From Steroidobacteraceae bacterium (GTDB taxonomy: Bacteria > Pseudomonadota > Gammaproteobacteria > Steroidobacterales > Steroidobacteraceae): a stretch of DNA of 64,000 bases. Made by a program: the position numbers and the translations under genes. Below are positions 50,217-62,934 of the stretch, piece by piece (the stretch's first letter is position 1; each line of letters begins with the position of its first letter). The notes beneath the pieces were generated by a model that saw only the letters and a list, made by a program, of their open reading frames with translations, did no database searches and had not been told where the DNA came from. The DNA lies in assembly GCA_035625615.1 (NCBI GenBank), contig DASPPI010000056.1, positions 2,208-66,207 of the forward strand, written 5' to 3'.

Positions 50217-50831
50217 ATGGGGGTCGGCGGCTTCGTGAACCGCGTGCACGTGGCACTCAAGTCTCTCAATTGCGACGGTCGCCGGGGCCTGGCGCTGCTG
50301 TCCGGCTGCCTCGTGCTGCTGCTGCCGGCGCTCACCGGCGAGCACGGCCGCCAGCTGCTGCGCTACGACCGCAGCGGGCTCGCCGCGGGGCAGTATTGGC
50401 GGTTGCTGAGCGCCCATCTGGTGCACCTCGATCTGCGGCATGCCCTGCTCAATTGCCTGGGTCTCATCCTGCTGTGGGCGCTGTTCGTCCGTGATTACTC
50501 GGCGAAGGGCTGGCTCGCCATCGTTCTGGCAAGCGTCGCAGCCATCGATGCGGGCCTGTGGCTCGGCGATTCGACCGTGCGGTGGTACGTGGGTTCCTCG
50601 GGCGCGCTGCACGGGGTGATGGCGGCAGGGGCGCTCGCGCATCTGCGCGCCGGCGAGCGCGACGGCTGGATCCTGGCGGCGGTGCTGGCCGTGAAGCTCG
50701 CCTACGAGCAGTGGCTCGGGGCGCTGCCGTTTTCCGGAAGCGATCCGGTGGTGGTCGACGCGCACCTCTATGGCGTACTGGGCGGCGCGGCCATGGCGGC
50801 GTTCCTGAAGCCGCGGGCCGGGTCGTTATAA
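50217..50831 (+). CDS. rrtA: Rhombosortase (rhomboid-family intramembrane serine protease, GlyGly-CTERM sorting enzyme)
   Basis: About 200 aa. The N-terminal signature is LLRYDRSGLAAGQYWRLLSAHLVHLDLRHALLN. The rhomboid catalytic GSSGALHG motif is present, with multiple TM segments. Confidence 0.75.
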   Translation: MGVGGFVNRVHVALKSLNCDGRRGLALLSGCLVLLLPALTGEHGRQLLRYDRSGLAAGQYWRLLSAHLVHLDLRHALLNCLGLILLWALFVRDYSAKGWLAIVLASVAAIDAGLWLGDSTVRWYVGSSGALHGVMAAGALAHLRAGERDGWILAAVLAVKLAYEQWLGALPFSGSDPVVVDAHLYGVLGGAAMAAFLKPRAGSL

Positions 50832-50862
50832 TTTCGCACTGCGTGCTGCGGTGGGAGAGCTC

Positions 50863-51816
50863 ATGTCGTTTGCGTTCGTGTTCGCCGGTCAGGGCTCGCA
50901 GTCGGTCGGCATGCTCGGGGCGCTGGCGGCGGCCGAGCCCGTGGTCGGTGCGACCTTCGAGGAAGCCTCTCAGGTGCTCGGTTACGACCTGTGGAAGCTC
51001 GTCAGCGAGGGGCCCGAAGCGGCGCTCAACGCGACCGAGCGCACGCAGCCGGCGATGCTGGCCGCGGGCACCGCCACGTGGCGCGTATGGCGCGCGCGGG
51101 GCGGTGGCCTGCCGGCGCTCGTGGCGGGCCACAGCCTCGGGGAATTCACCGCGCTGGTGTGTGCCGAGGCTCTCGGGTTCGGGGCTGCGATCGAGCTGGT
51201 GCGCTTTCGCGGCCGGGTCATGCAGGAGGCGGTGCCGGCCGGCAGCGGCGCGATGGCTGCGATCCTCGGCCTCGATGACGAAGCGGTAATCGGCGTGTGC
51301 CTTGAGGCAGCCCGGGGCGCGGTGGTCGAGCCGGTCAATTTCAACTCCCCGGGCCAGGTGGTGATTGCCGGCGAGGTGGCGGCCGTGACGCGCGCGATGG
51401 AGGCAGCCAGGGTGCGCGGCGCGAAGCGCGTGCTGACGCTGCCGGTGAGCGTGCCCTCGCACAGCAGTCTGATGAGAGGGGCGGGCGTGCGGCTGCAGGA
51501 GCACCTCGCCGGGCTCGACGTGCGCCCGCCACGGATCCGTTACCTGAGCGCCGTCGACGCACGGGCGCACGCGCAGCCCGACGATATTCGCGCGCTCCTG
51601 GTGCGCCAGCTCTCGAGCCCGGTGCGCTGGACCGATACGCTGCGTGCCGTGAGCGCGGGCGACGTTGCGCAGGTGATCGAGTGCAGCCCGGGCAAGGTAC
51701 TCACCGGACTCAATCGCCGCATCGAGCGGCGCGCCGGGCTGAGTTTCCTCGCCATCGACGATCCAGCCTCCATCGATGCGGCGCTCGCCGCCACCAAGGG
51801 ACAGGCCCATGCTTGA
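50863..51816 (+). CDS. fabD: Malonyl-CoA:ACP transacylase
   Basis: FVFAGQGSQSVGM...GHSLGEFTALV are the active-site motifs. Confidence 0.9.
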   Translation: MSFAFVFAGQGSQSVGMLGALAAAEPVVGATFEEASQVLGYDLWKLVSEGPEAALNATERTQPAMLAAGTATWRVWRARGGGLPALVAGHSLGEFTALVCAEALGFGAAIELVRFRGRVMQEAVPAGSGAMAAILGLDDEAVIGVCLEAARGAVVEPVNFNSPGQVVIAGEVAAVTRAMEAARVRGAKRVLTLPVSVPSHSSLMRGAGVRLQEHLAGLDVRPPRIRYLSAVDARAHAQPDDIRALLVRQLSSPVRWTDTLRAVSAGDVAQVIECSPGKVLTGLNRRIERRAGLSFLAIDDPASIDAALAATKGQAHA

Positions 51817-52549
51817 CAATCAAGTTGCCCTCATCACCGGCGCCTCGCGGGGCATCGGACAGGCCATCGCCATTGCGCTCGGGGGCGCCGGCGCGCGCAT
51901 CATCGGCACCGCCACCGGCGCCGCGGGTGTCGCCCGGATCGATGCGGCGCTCGCGTCGCACGGATGCAACGGCCACGGCGCGCTGCTCGATGCCGGCAAC
52001 CCCGCCTCCATCGACGCACTGATGAGCCAGCTGGAGAAGTCGGACGAGCTGCCGGGCATCCTCGTCAACAATGCCGCGATCACGCGCGACACGCTGCTGC
52101 TGCGCATGAAGCCGGAAGACTGGGATGCCGTCATCGCCACCAATCTCACCGCGGTGTTTCGCCTGTGCAAGGCGTGCGTGCGGCAAATGATGAAGGAGCG
52201 CCGCGGCCGGATCGTGAATCTCACCTCGGTGGTGGGACTGACGGGCAATCCCGGGCAGGTCAATTACGCGGCCGCGAAAGCGGGGCTCCTGGGATTCACC
52301 AAGTCGCTTGCCCGGGAGCTCGCCTCGCGCGGCATCACGGTGAATGCCGTGGCACCGGGATTCATCGACACCGACATGACGCGTGCGCTCAGCGACGAGC
52401 AGCGGCAGGGGCTGCTCGCGCAGATCCCCGTCGGCCGCCTCGGCGCACCCGAGGACGTGGCCGCAGCGGTGCTGTTCCTGGTGTCGCCGCAGGCCTCCTA
52501 CATCACCGGCGAGACGCTGCACGTCAACGGCGGCATGTACATGCCCTAG
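51809..52549 (+). CDS. fabG: 3-oxoacyl-ACP reductase
   Basis: ALITGASRGIG...NYAAAKAG...TGETLHVNGGMYM identifies an SDR; the product is 246 aa. It overlaps the fabD stop. Confidence 0.9.
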   Translation: MLDNQVALITGASRGIGQAIAIALGGAGARIIGTATGAAGVARIDAALASHGCNGHGALLDAGNPASIDALMSQLEKSDELPGILVNNAAITRDTLLLRMKPEDWDAVIATNLTAVFRLCKACVRQMMKERRGRIVNLTSVVGLTGNPGQVNYAAAKAGLLGFTKSLARELASRGITVNAVAPGFIDTDMTRALSDEQRQGLLAQIPVGRLGAPEDVAAAVLFLVSPQASYITGETLHVNGGMYMP

Positions 52550-52754
52550 CACGGGCGCCGCCGGGGCTTGCGTTGGCGAGGCGCCACAGCCGATTCAGGC
52601 GGGCGCCTGAGGGTGCGCCACCGGGCCAGCCGCCGGGGCAGATTCACCAGCAAAAACAATCACTCGCGGCCGGTGCAGGCGAGTGGCACCCCGGGGGGTG
52701 TTCCCCTACAATACCGCGCCCGCTAATCCCCAAGCCTACAAGGACCAACCGCTA

Positions 52755-52997
52755 ATGAGCACAGTTGAGCAGCAGGTCAAAGCCATCGTTGCCGAACAGC
52801 TGGGCGTCAAACAGGAGCAGGTCACGAACGACGCCTCGTTCGTCGACGATCTGGGAGCCGATTCGCTCGACACCGTCGAGCTGGTGATGGCCCTCGAAGA
52901 GGAGTTCGAGATCGAGATCCCGGATGAAGACGCCGAGAAGATCACCACCGTCCACCAGGCCATCGACTACATCAACGAGCGTCGCAGCAAGTCCTGA
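52755..52997 (+). CDS. acpP: Acyl carrier protein
   Basis: [20 protein letters not shown] is the phosphopantetheine attachment motif; the product is 80 aa. Confidence 0.95.
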   Translation: MSTVEQQVKAIVAEQLGVKQEQVTNDASFVDDLGADSLDTVELVMALEEEFEIEIPDEDAEKITTVHQAIDYINERRSKS

Positions 52998-53027
52998 CGC
53001 GACTCACGGGGCGCCTATGGGAAGCGT

Positions 53028-54275
<1,248 letters not shown>

Positions 54276-54343
54276 GCCCGCGTCAGGCGCAGGGCCCGCC
54301 CACGCATCCCCTTCTGGTCCGCGAGCTCGATGTCCCGGCCGCG

Positions 54344-55699
54344 GTGCTGCGAGTGCTCGCCGCGCGCGACCCGCAGCGCTACCCGCTGCTGCTCGACAGC
54401 GCCTCCGCCGGTCCGTTGAGCCGCGCGAGCGTGCTGCTCGCCGAACCGGGCGCAGCGCTGTGGCTCGACGCCGACGGGCGCCTGGGCGCGCACGGGCTCA
54501 CGCCGGCGGGAGCAGGCTTCCTCACCGCCCTCGAGAACTGGTGGCTGGCCGAGCGTCACCTGCCGGGCGCAGCCGATGCGGCGCAGCTGCCTTTCGCCGG
54601 CGGCTGGGCGGTGTTCCTCGGCTACGAGCTCGCGCAGGAGATCGAGCCGAAGCTCACCCTGCCGCGCACGCCGCTGCCGTGGCAGGCGTTCGCCCTGCGC
54701 ACCCGGTGCGCCCTGGTGCACGATCTGGTGCAGGCGCGCCTCTACGCCGTGGCGGAGCCCGGGGCCGAGGCGGCCCTGGAGCGTATCGTGGCGGAGGCCC
54801 GGGCCGCCGCGCGCGCGCCGCCGGCGGCCGATACGCTGCGCATCGAGCGGGTGCGCGAAGAGGACCCGGCGGCGTTCCTCGCGCGGGTGCAGCGCGCCAA
54901 GGAATATGTGCGCGCCGGCGACATCTACCAGGCGAACCTGTCGCGCTGGTGGGAGGTGAGCGTGAGCGCCGGCGCCGCTGCGGGGGACGACGGCGCCCCG
55001 AGCTGCGCGGCGGCGCTCTATCGGCGTCTGCGCGCGGCCAACCCGGCGCCGTTCGCGGCGCTCGCCCAGTGGCGCGGGATTGCGATCTTGAGCTCCTCGC
55101 CCGAGCGGCTGGTGCGCGTCGCGCAAGGCCGCGTGGATACCCGCCCCATTGCCGGCACCCGTCCACGCAGCCGTCAGCCGGGCCGGGACGTGAGCGAGAT
55201 GAGCGCGCTGGCGGCGCATCCCAAGGAGCGCGCGGAGCACGTCATGCTGATCGATCTGGAGCGCAACGATCTCGGGCGCGTGTGCGAGGCGGGCTCGGTG
55301 CGTGTGGACGAGCTGATGACCATCGAGTCCTATCAGCACGTGCATCACATCGTGTCCAACGTGAGCGGCCTGCTGCGCGCCGATGTCACGCCGATCGGCG
55401 CGCTGCGTGCCGTGTTCCCGGGCGGCACGATCACCGGCTGCCCGAAGTTCCGCTGCATGCAGATCATCGCCGAGCTCGAAGGCACGGGGCGGGGCGCCTA
55501 CACCGGCTCGCTCGGCTACCTGACGCGCGACGGGCACCTCGACCTCAATATCCTCATCCGCACCATGACCCTCAGCGGGCAGGAGCTCACCTTTCGCGCC
55601 GGCGCCGGCATCGTCGCGGACTCCGATCCGCAGCGCGAGCTCGAGGAGACGCGCGCCAAGGCGCGCGGGCTGCTCGCGGCGCTGCGAGGCGAGCCGTGA
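54344..55699 (+). CDS. pabB: Aminodeoxychorismate synthase component I
   Basis: This is a chorismate-binding enzyme (GDIYQANLS, SSSPERL, AGTRPR, ERAEHVMLIDLERNDLG, PGGTITGCPK, GAYTGSLGY). The start is uncertain. The first canonical in-frame start after fabF is GTG 54344, and a CTG at 54314 would fit the conserved N-terminus better. Confidence 0.75.
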   Translation: MLRVLAARDPQRYPLLLDSASAGPLSRASVLLAEPGAALWLDADGRLGAHGLTPAGAGFLTALENWWLAERHLPGAADAAQLPFAGGWAVFLGYELAQEIEPKLTLPRTPLPWQAFALRTRCALVHDLVQARLYAVAEPGAEAALERIVAEARAAARAPPAADTLRIERVREEDPAAFLARVQRAKEYVRAGDIYQANLSRWWEVSVSAGAAAGDDGAPSCAAALYRRLRAANPAPFAALAQWRGIAILSSSPERLVRVAQGRVDTRPIAGTRPRSRQPGRDVSEMSALAAHPKERAEHVMLIDLERNDLGRVCEAGSVRVDELMTIESYQHVHHIVSNVSGLLRADVTPIGALRAVFPGGTITGCPKFRCMQIIAELEGTGRGAYTGSLGYLTRDGHLDLNILIRTMTLSGQELTFRAGAGIVADSDPQRELEETRAKARGLLAALRGEP

Positions 55700-56586
55700 C
55701 CGGCGCGCGCCCCCGCGAGGGCGAGCAGGCTCCGCAGATCGCGTTGATCAATGGGCGCGCAGCGCGCACCGTGTCGGTGCTCGAGCGCGGCCTGCACTAC
55801 GGCGACGGCCTGTTCGAGACGATCGCCTGCGTCGGCGGCCGGGCGCGCCTGCTCGAGCGGCACGTGCGCCGTCTCGCGGCCGGCTGTGCGCGCCTCGGCA
55901 TTGCGTTCGCCGACGCGGCCGGGCTCACCCGCGAGATCGAGGCCCTGGCGGCCGGCGCCGCCCGCGCCGTCATCAAGGTGCTGGTGACCCGGGGCACGGC
56001 CGTGACGCGCGGCTACGCACTCACCGGGCGCGAGCAGCCGACGCGCATCACGCTGCGCTACCCGTGGCCGCCCGACGACCCCGCGCTCGCCCGCGACGGC
56101 GTGCGGGTGCGCATCGCCAGCGTGCGCCTGGGGGAGAACCCGGCGCTGGCCGGACTCAAGCACTGCAACCGTCTCGAGCAGGTGCTGGCACGCAGCGAGT
56201 GGTCTGATACCGGCATCACAGAAAGCCTGATGTTCAGCAGCGCCGGAGCGCTCGTTTCGGGCACCATGACCAACGTGTTCCTCGTGCGCGACTCGATGCT
56301 CTTCACGCCGCGCGTGGACCGCTGCGGCGTAGCCGGCGTCATGCGCGCGGCCGTGCTCGGTGCAGCGGCCGCGGCCGGTATCGCCGCCGAAGAGCGCCTG
56401 CTCGATGCGCAGGACCTCGCCCGTGCGCAGGAGGTGTTCCTCACCAGCGCGCTCACCGGCATCCGGCCCGTGCGGGAGCTCGCGGGCGTAACTCTCGCAC
56501 CGGGCCCCGTGACGCGCGTGCTGCAGGCGCGGCTTGCGCCGTTGCTCGCTGCGGAGCCGCCGGCGGCCGGGGATGTCGATGCGTAA
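55696..56586 (+). CDS. pabC: Aminodeoxychorismate lyase (fold-type IV PLP enzyme)
   Basis: GLHYGDGLFETI...; the conserved lysine context is GLKHCNRLEQVLA. The GTG start overlaps the pabB stop (GTGA). Confidence 0.8.
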   Translation: MTGARPREGEQAPQIALINGRAARTVSVLERGLHYGDGLFETIACVGGRARLLERHVRRLAAGCARLGIAFADAAGLTREIEALAAGAARAVIKVLVTRGTAVTRGYALTGREQPTRITLRYPWPPDDPALARDGVRVRIASVRLGENPALAGLKHCNRLEQVLARSEWSDTGITESLMFSSAGALVSGTMTNVFLVRDSMLFTPRVDRCGVAGVMRAAVLGAAAAAGIAAEERLLDAQDLARAQEVFLTSALTGIRPVRELAGVTLAPGPVTRVLQARLAPLLAAEPPAAGDVDA

Positions 56587-57622
56587 GCGCACGGCGTGGC
56601 TGCTCGCGCTCGCCGGGCCGCTCCTGCTGCTGGCTGGAGCGGCTACCGGCGGGTACCTGTGGCTGCAGAAGGAGTTTCAGGCCCCGGGGCCGGCCGCGGC
56701 CGCCTTACGCATCGAGGTCGGCCCCGGCACCAGCGTGCGCAGCGTGCTGACGCGCCTGGAGAGCTCCGGCGCGGTGCGCAACGCCCGCGCCGTCGAGTGG
56801 TACCTGCGCCTGCGCGGGCTCAAGCCGCGGGTACAGGCGGGAACCTACGAGATCCAGCCGGGGGCCAGCGCGGCGCAGATTGTCGAGCTGTTCGAGGAGG
56901 GCAAGGTCGTGCTCGAACAGCTCACCGTAGTGGAAGGGGCGACGTTCGCGGACTTCCTCGCGGCCCTCGAGCAGCATCCGCGCGTGGCGCACACGCTGCA
57001 GGGCAAGTCCCCCGCCGAGATCATGGTGCTCCTCGGGCATCCTGGTGAGGCCGCCGAGGGTGAGTTTTTCCCGGATACCTACCGCTTCGCGGCCGAGACG
57101 CCCGACCTCACGATCCTGGCGCAGGCCTACGAGAACATGCAGACCGTCCTGGCAGCGTCCTGGGAAGCGCGCCGGCCGGGACTGCCCTTCGATACGCCGT
57201 ACCAGGCCCTGATCCTCGCGTCCATGGTCGAGAAGGAAGCGGCGCTCAAGGGCGAGCGCGCCCTGATTGCCGGTGTGTTCGTCAACCGCCTGCGCAAGGG
57301 CATGCGCCTGCAGTCCGATCCGACCGTGGTCTACGGCCTCGGTGGGCAATACGACGGCAGCATCCACACCCGCGACCTGCAGCGTGACACCGCCTACAAC
57401 ACCTACACACGCGCGGGACTGCCGCCGACGCCGATCGCGCTCCCGGGGCGCGAGTCGCTGCTGGCCGCGATGCAGCCGGCGGACACCGGCGCGCTGTATT
57501 TCGTGGCGACCGGCCGCGGCGACGGCGCGCATCACTTCTCCAGCACGCTGGAAGAGCATAATTCCGCGGTGCAGACCTATCTGGAGCGCCTGCGCCGCCA
57601 GCGCCCGGTACACGGCCCATGA
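56573..57622 (+). CDS. mltG: Endolytic murein transglycosylase MltG (YceG)
   Basis: It has an N-terminal TM segment and the YceG motifs ILASMVEKEA, SDPTVVYG, YNTYTRAGLPPTPI and FSSTLEEHN. Confidence 0.85.
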   Translation: MSMRKRTAWLLALAGPLLLLAGAATGGYLWLQKEFQAPGPAAAALRIEVGPGTSVRSVLTRLESSGAVRNARAVEWYLRLRGLKPRVQAGTYEIQPGASAAQIVELFEEGKVVLEQLTVVEGATFADFLAALEQHPRVAHTLQGKSPAEIMVLLGHPGEAAEGEFFPDTYRFAAETPDLTILAQAYENMQTVLAASWEARRPGLPFDTPYQALILASMVEKEAALKGERALIAGVFVNRLRKGMRLQSDPTVVYGLGGQYDGSIHTRDLQRDTAYNTYTRAGLPPTPIALPGRESLLAAMQPADTGALYFVATGRGDGAHHFSSTLEEHNSAVQTYLERLRRQRPVHGP

Positions 57623-58251
57623 GCCGGGGGATGTTCATCACGCTCGAGGGCATCGAGGGCGCCGGCAAATCCACTGTCGCGCGCTTCGTCTACGACTGGC
57701 TCGTGACGAAAGGCATCAGCGTGCGCCCGACGCGCGAGCCCGGCGGCACGCCGCTCGCCGAGCGCGTGCGCCAGGTGGTGCTCGAGCACGGCGCGGAGCC
57801 GCTCTCGCCGGTGACCGAGACGCTGCTCATGTTCGCGGCGCGCGCGCAGCACGTGCGCAGCGTCATCTCGCCGGCGCTCGCCCGGGGGGAGTGGGTGGTG
57901 TGCGATCGCTTCACCGACGCCACACGCGCCTATCAGGGCAGCGGCCGCGGGGTGGACACGGCGCTCATCGATACCCTGGCACAGGCGGTGCACGGCGGGC
58001 TGACCCCCGACTGCACGCTGCTGCTCGATCTGCCGGTCGCCCTCGGGCTGGCGCGCGCGCGCACGCGCCCCGGGGCGAGCGCCGACCGCTTCGAAGCCGA
58101 GGCTCCGGGCTTCTTCGAGCGGGTGCGCTCGGGCTATCTGCTGCAGGCGCGGCGCGAGCCGCAGCGTTTCCGCATCGTCGACGCCAGCGCTCCGCTCACC
58201 GACGTCGAGCAGCGCATCGCCGGGATTCTCACCGGGCTGCAGCGGCCATGA
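57619..58251 (+). CDS. tmk: Thymidylate kinase
   Basis: FITLEGIEGAGKST is the P-loop; DRF...AYQG is also present. The product is 210 aa. Confidence 0.9.
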   Translation: MSRGMFITLEGIEGAGKSTVARFVYDWLVTKGISVRPTREPGGTPLAERVRQVVLEHGAEPLSPVTETLLMFAARAQHVRSVISPALARGEWVVCDRFTDATRAYQGSGRGVDTALIDTLAQAVHGGLTPDCTLLLDLPVALGLARARTRPGASADRFEAEAPGFFERVRSGYLLQARREPQRFRIVDASAPLTDVEQRIAGILTGLQRP

Positions 58252-59237
58252 CACCGGCACCGCCGTGGCTCGCCGGCGAGACCGCCGCGCTCGCGGCCGC
58301 GCACGGCAGCGGACGGCTGCCGCATGCGTTGCTCATTCACGAGGCGCCGGGGGCAGGCGGCGAGTGGCTCGCGACCTGGGCGGCGCAGCTGGTGCTGTGC
58401 CGTGAGGGAACGGCGGCGCCGTGCCAGACCTGCCCGGCGTGCCGCCGGGTCGCCGCCTTCCAGCATCCCGATGTCGCGTGGGTGCGCCCGCTGGAGGATT
58501 CGCGCCAGATCCGCATCGAGCAGGTCCGTGACCTGTCCGCTGGGCTTGCGCTCACCAGCCACGCAGGCGGTTACAAGGTCGGCGTCCTCAGTCCCGCCGA
58601 CGCGCTCAATCGCTTTGCGGCGAACGCGCTGCTGAAGACGCTCGAGGAGCCGCCGGCCCGCACGCTGCTGGTGCTGGTCGCGACCCAGCCCTCGCGGCTG
58701 CCGCCGACGGTCCTCAGCCGCTGCCAGCGGCTGCGCGTGCGCGCACCGGCGCGTGCCGTGGGCGTAGCCTGGCTCGCCGCGGCGCGTGGACCGGCGAACT
58801 GGGAGGCCGCACTGGCCGCGATCGGGGAGGCGCCGCTGCTCGCGGCCGAGGCCGATCCGGCCACGCTCGCCGAGGTCGGCGCGGACAGCCGCCGCACGCT
58901 CGATGCCCTGGCCGCCGGCAGCACCGACCCGGTGGCTGCTGCCGAGCGCTGGGCGCGCTCCGATTTGCCGCTGCGCCTCCTGTGCTTTGAGAATTGGCTC
59001 ACAGAACGGATCCGGCGCGGTGAGCGCGAGGGGGCATTTTTGACGGAAATGCGGGCTGGCCCCTACTTGTCAAGCGGTGGCGCGTTCTTGAATATACGCG
59101 AGCTGTTCGGGCTGGTTGACGAGGTGCGGGACCTGCGGGCCGCGCTGGACGTGCCGCTCAACCGGGGATTGGCGCTCGAGGCGCTGTTCCGGCGGCTCGC
59201 GCCGGCGGGACGGGCGCTCAGGGGGGTACAGGGATGA
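58248..59237 (+). CDS. holB: DNA polymerase III delta' subunit
   Basis: LPHALLIHEAPGAGG..., a Zn-module-like segment (CQTCPACRRV), NALLKTLEEPP and SRCQ are present. The ATG overlaps the tmk stop. Confidence 0.8.
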   Translation: MTPAPPWLAGETAALAAAHGSGRLPHALLIHEAPGAGGEWLATWAAQLVLCREGTAAPCQTCPACRRVAAFQHPDVAWVRPLEDSRQIRIEQVRDLSAGLALTSHAGGYKVGVLSPADALNRFAANALLKTLEEPPARTLLVLVATQPSRLPPTVLSRCQRLRVRAPARAVGVAWLAAARGPANWEAALAAIGEAPLLAAEADPATLAEVGADSRRTLDALAAGSTDPVAAAERWARSDLPLRLLCFENWLTERIRRGEREGAFLTEMRAGPYLSSGGAFLNIRELFGLVDEVRDLRAALDVPLNRGLALEALFRRLAPAGRALRGVQG

Positions 59238-59632
59238 GTGCACGGCCGGCATACCTCAGTGGGGACCGAAACTTGCGAGCGGGCGTAAACAAGCCGGGTC
59301 TTCTGACCCTGACCATCAAGGACAAGAGCGCGCTGTATCTGGCGTACATGCCGTTCGTCAAGAACGGCGGACTCTTCATACCGACCAACAGCAATTACCG
59401 CCTCGGCGACGAGGTGTTCATGCTGCTGAATCTCATGGGCGAGGACGAGAAGCTGCCGGTGGCCGGGCGGGTCATCTGGGTCACGCCCAAGGGCGCGCAG
59501 GGCAACCAGGGCAAGCGCACCGCCGGCATCGGCGTGCAGTTCAGCGAGCAGGACCGCGGCCAGACGCAGAAAAAGATCGAGACCTATCTCGCCGGCGCGC
59601 TCTCGGGCGACAAGGCCACCCATACGATGTGA
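59234..59632 (+). CDS. pilZ: PilZ-type type IV pilus assembly protein
   Basis: LTIKDKSALYLAYMPFVKNGGLFIPT...LPVAGRVIWVTP...AGIGVQF matches the PilZ (PA2960-type) protein. It shows the conserved holB-pilZ synteny. Confidence 0.8.
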   Translation: MSARPAYLSGDRNLRAGVNKPGLLTLTIKDKSALYLAYMPFVKNGGLFIPTNSNYRLGDEVFMLLNLMGEDEKLPVAGRVIWVTPKGAQGNQGKRTAGIGVQFSEQDRGQTQKKIETYLAGALSGDKATHTM

Positions 59633-59666
59633 GCGCCGCGCGCGCGCCGGGCGGCGAGCGAGAGCT

Positions 59667-60752
59667 TCAGGGCTTCTCTGCGCCCCCGCGCGTGAGCGGC
59701 AAGCCGCTGCTGCTCATGCCGCCGGTGAGCACGTAGGCGTCGAAGCCGCGTTCGACCAGGATATAGGCGGCGGCGGAGCTGCGCCGGCCGGTATCGCAGT
59801 AGACGACGTAGGGCTTGGTGCGATCGAGCGTCGAGAGCTTCAGGCGGATCAGGTACAGCGGCACGTTGAGTGCCCCTTCGATCGCCAGGTTCTGGTGCTC
59901 GCTCGGGAGGCGCACGTCGAGCCAGCGCCCGCCGCGCTCGATGATCTTGCGGGCGGCGTCGACCGTCACCCATTGCAGCAGCGGCTCGTTCATGAGCTCG
60001 CGGAAATCCTGCTTGTTGAGCCGCATCAGCACCCCGTCGGTGATCATGGAGACGGTGGCGTTGCGCTTGGCCTCGGCAATCAGCGCCTCCTCGCCGAAGG
60101 TGTCGCCGACGCCGAGCTCGGCGAGCTTGATGCCGTCGCGGCTGAGAGGAGTCTCGCGCGTCACGGCGCACTTGCCGTTCACGATGATGTAGAAGTAATC
60201 ACCCTCATCGCCCTGCTTGATCACCACTTCGCCCGCCTTGCACGGCGTACGCTGCAGGCGCTGAAAGATCGCCTGGATGTTCGCCGGCGGAATGCGGTGG
60301 AAGGCGTTGGTCTGCAGCAGCGTCGTCATCCAGTCATCGGAGCCGGCGCTCTGCAGCTGCGCCTGCAGCTCCTCGACCTCGTAGCTGCCGGTCTGATCCC
60401 AGGTGATCATGACGTCCAGCAGGTCGCTGTCGATGGACAGGAAACTGATGTCGTTGACCGCGCGCACCGTCACGCGCCGCGGCACGTGCGGGTCGAGCGG
60501 GTTGCGCGCCTCGGGAGTGCCGCTGCGCAGCAGCGCCGGTTTCTTCTTCGCGCCGTCGTCGATCTCGACCACGCCGCTCACCAGCCACAGCGTGCGCTTG
60601 TCGGTGTCCCCCTGACTGAACAGCGCCCGTCCGGCGGAGAGTGTGCGCACGCTCACTTTCTTGGCGAGCGCGGTCAGGTTCTCGCGCTTCATGCCATCGA
60701 GCGGCGTGAATGTCTGCAGCAATTTGACCGATGCTGCCTGTTCTTCGGGCAT
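59667..60752 (-). CDS. Tandem cyclic-nucleotide-binding domains fused to a C-terminal rhodanese domain
   Basis: Two CNB-like segments are present (the second is VIKQGDEGDYFYIIVNGKCAV...GDTFGEEALI...RNATV). The rhodanese domain has the active-site loop YCDTGRRS. Confidence 0.7.
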   Translation of the reverse strand: MPEEQAASVKLLQTFTPLDGMKRENLTALAKKVSVRTLSAGRALFSQGDTDKRTLWLVSGVVEIDDGAKKKPALLRSGTPEARNPLDPHVPRRVTVRAVNDISFLSIDSDLLDVMITWDQTGSYEVEELQAQLQSAGSDDWMTTLLQTNAFHRIPPANIQAIFQRLQRTPCKAGEVVIKQGDEGDYFYIIVNGKCAVTRETPLSRDGIKLAELGVGDTFGEEALIAEAKRNATVSMITDGVLMRLNKQDFRELMNEPLLQWVTVDAARKIIERGGRWLDVRLPSEHQNLAIEGALNVPLYLIRLKLSTLDRTKPYVVYCDTGRRSSAAAYILVERGFDAYVLTGGMSSSGLPLTRGGAEKP

Positions 60753-60854
60753 TGACTCAACGCCTGATGTGACCTACATCGCACTCGCGGGTGCGGTCGC
60801 GGCGCGATCGCTGTTGGATGGTAGCACAGGGTGTTATCCGCGCCTTCAGACCCG

Positions 60855-62903
<2,049 letters not shown>

Positions 62904-62934
62904 GTCCGGCCCTCCCGGGCGCAGCGATGAGTTT

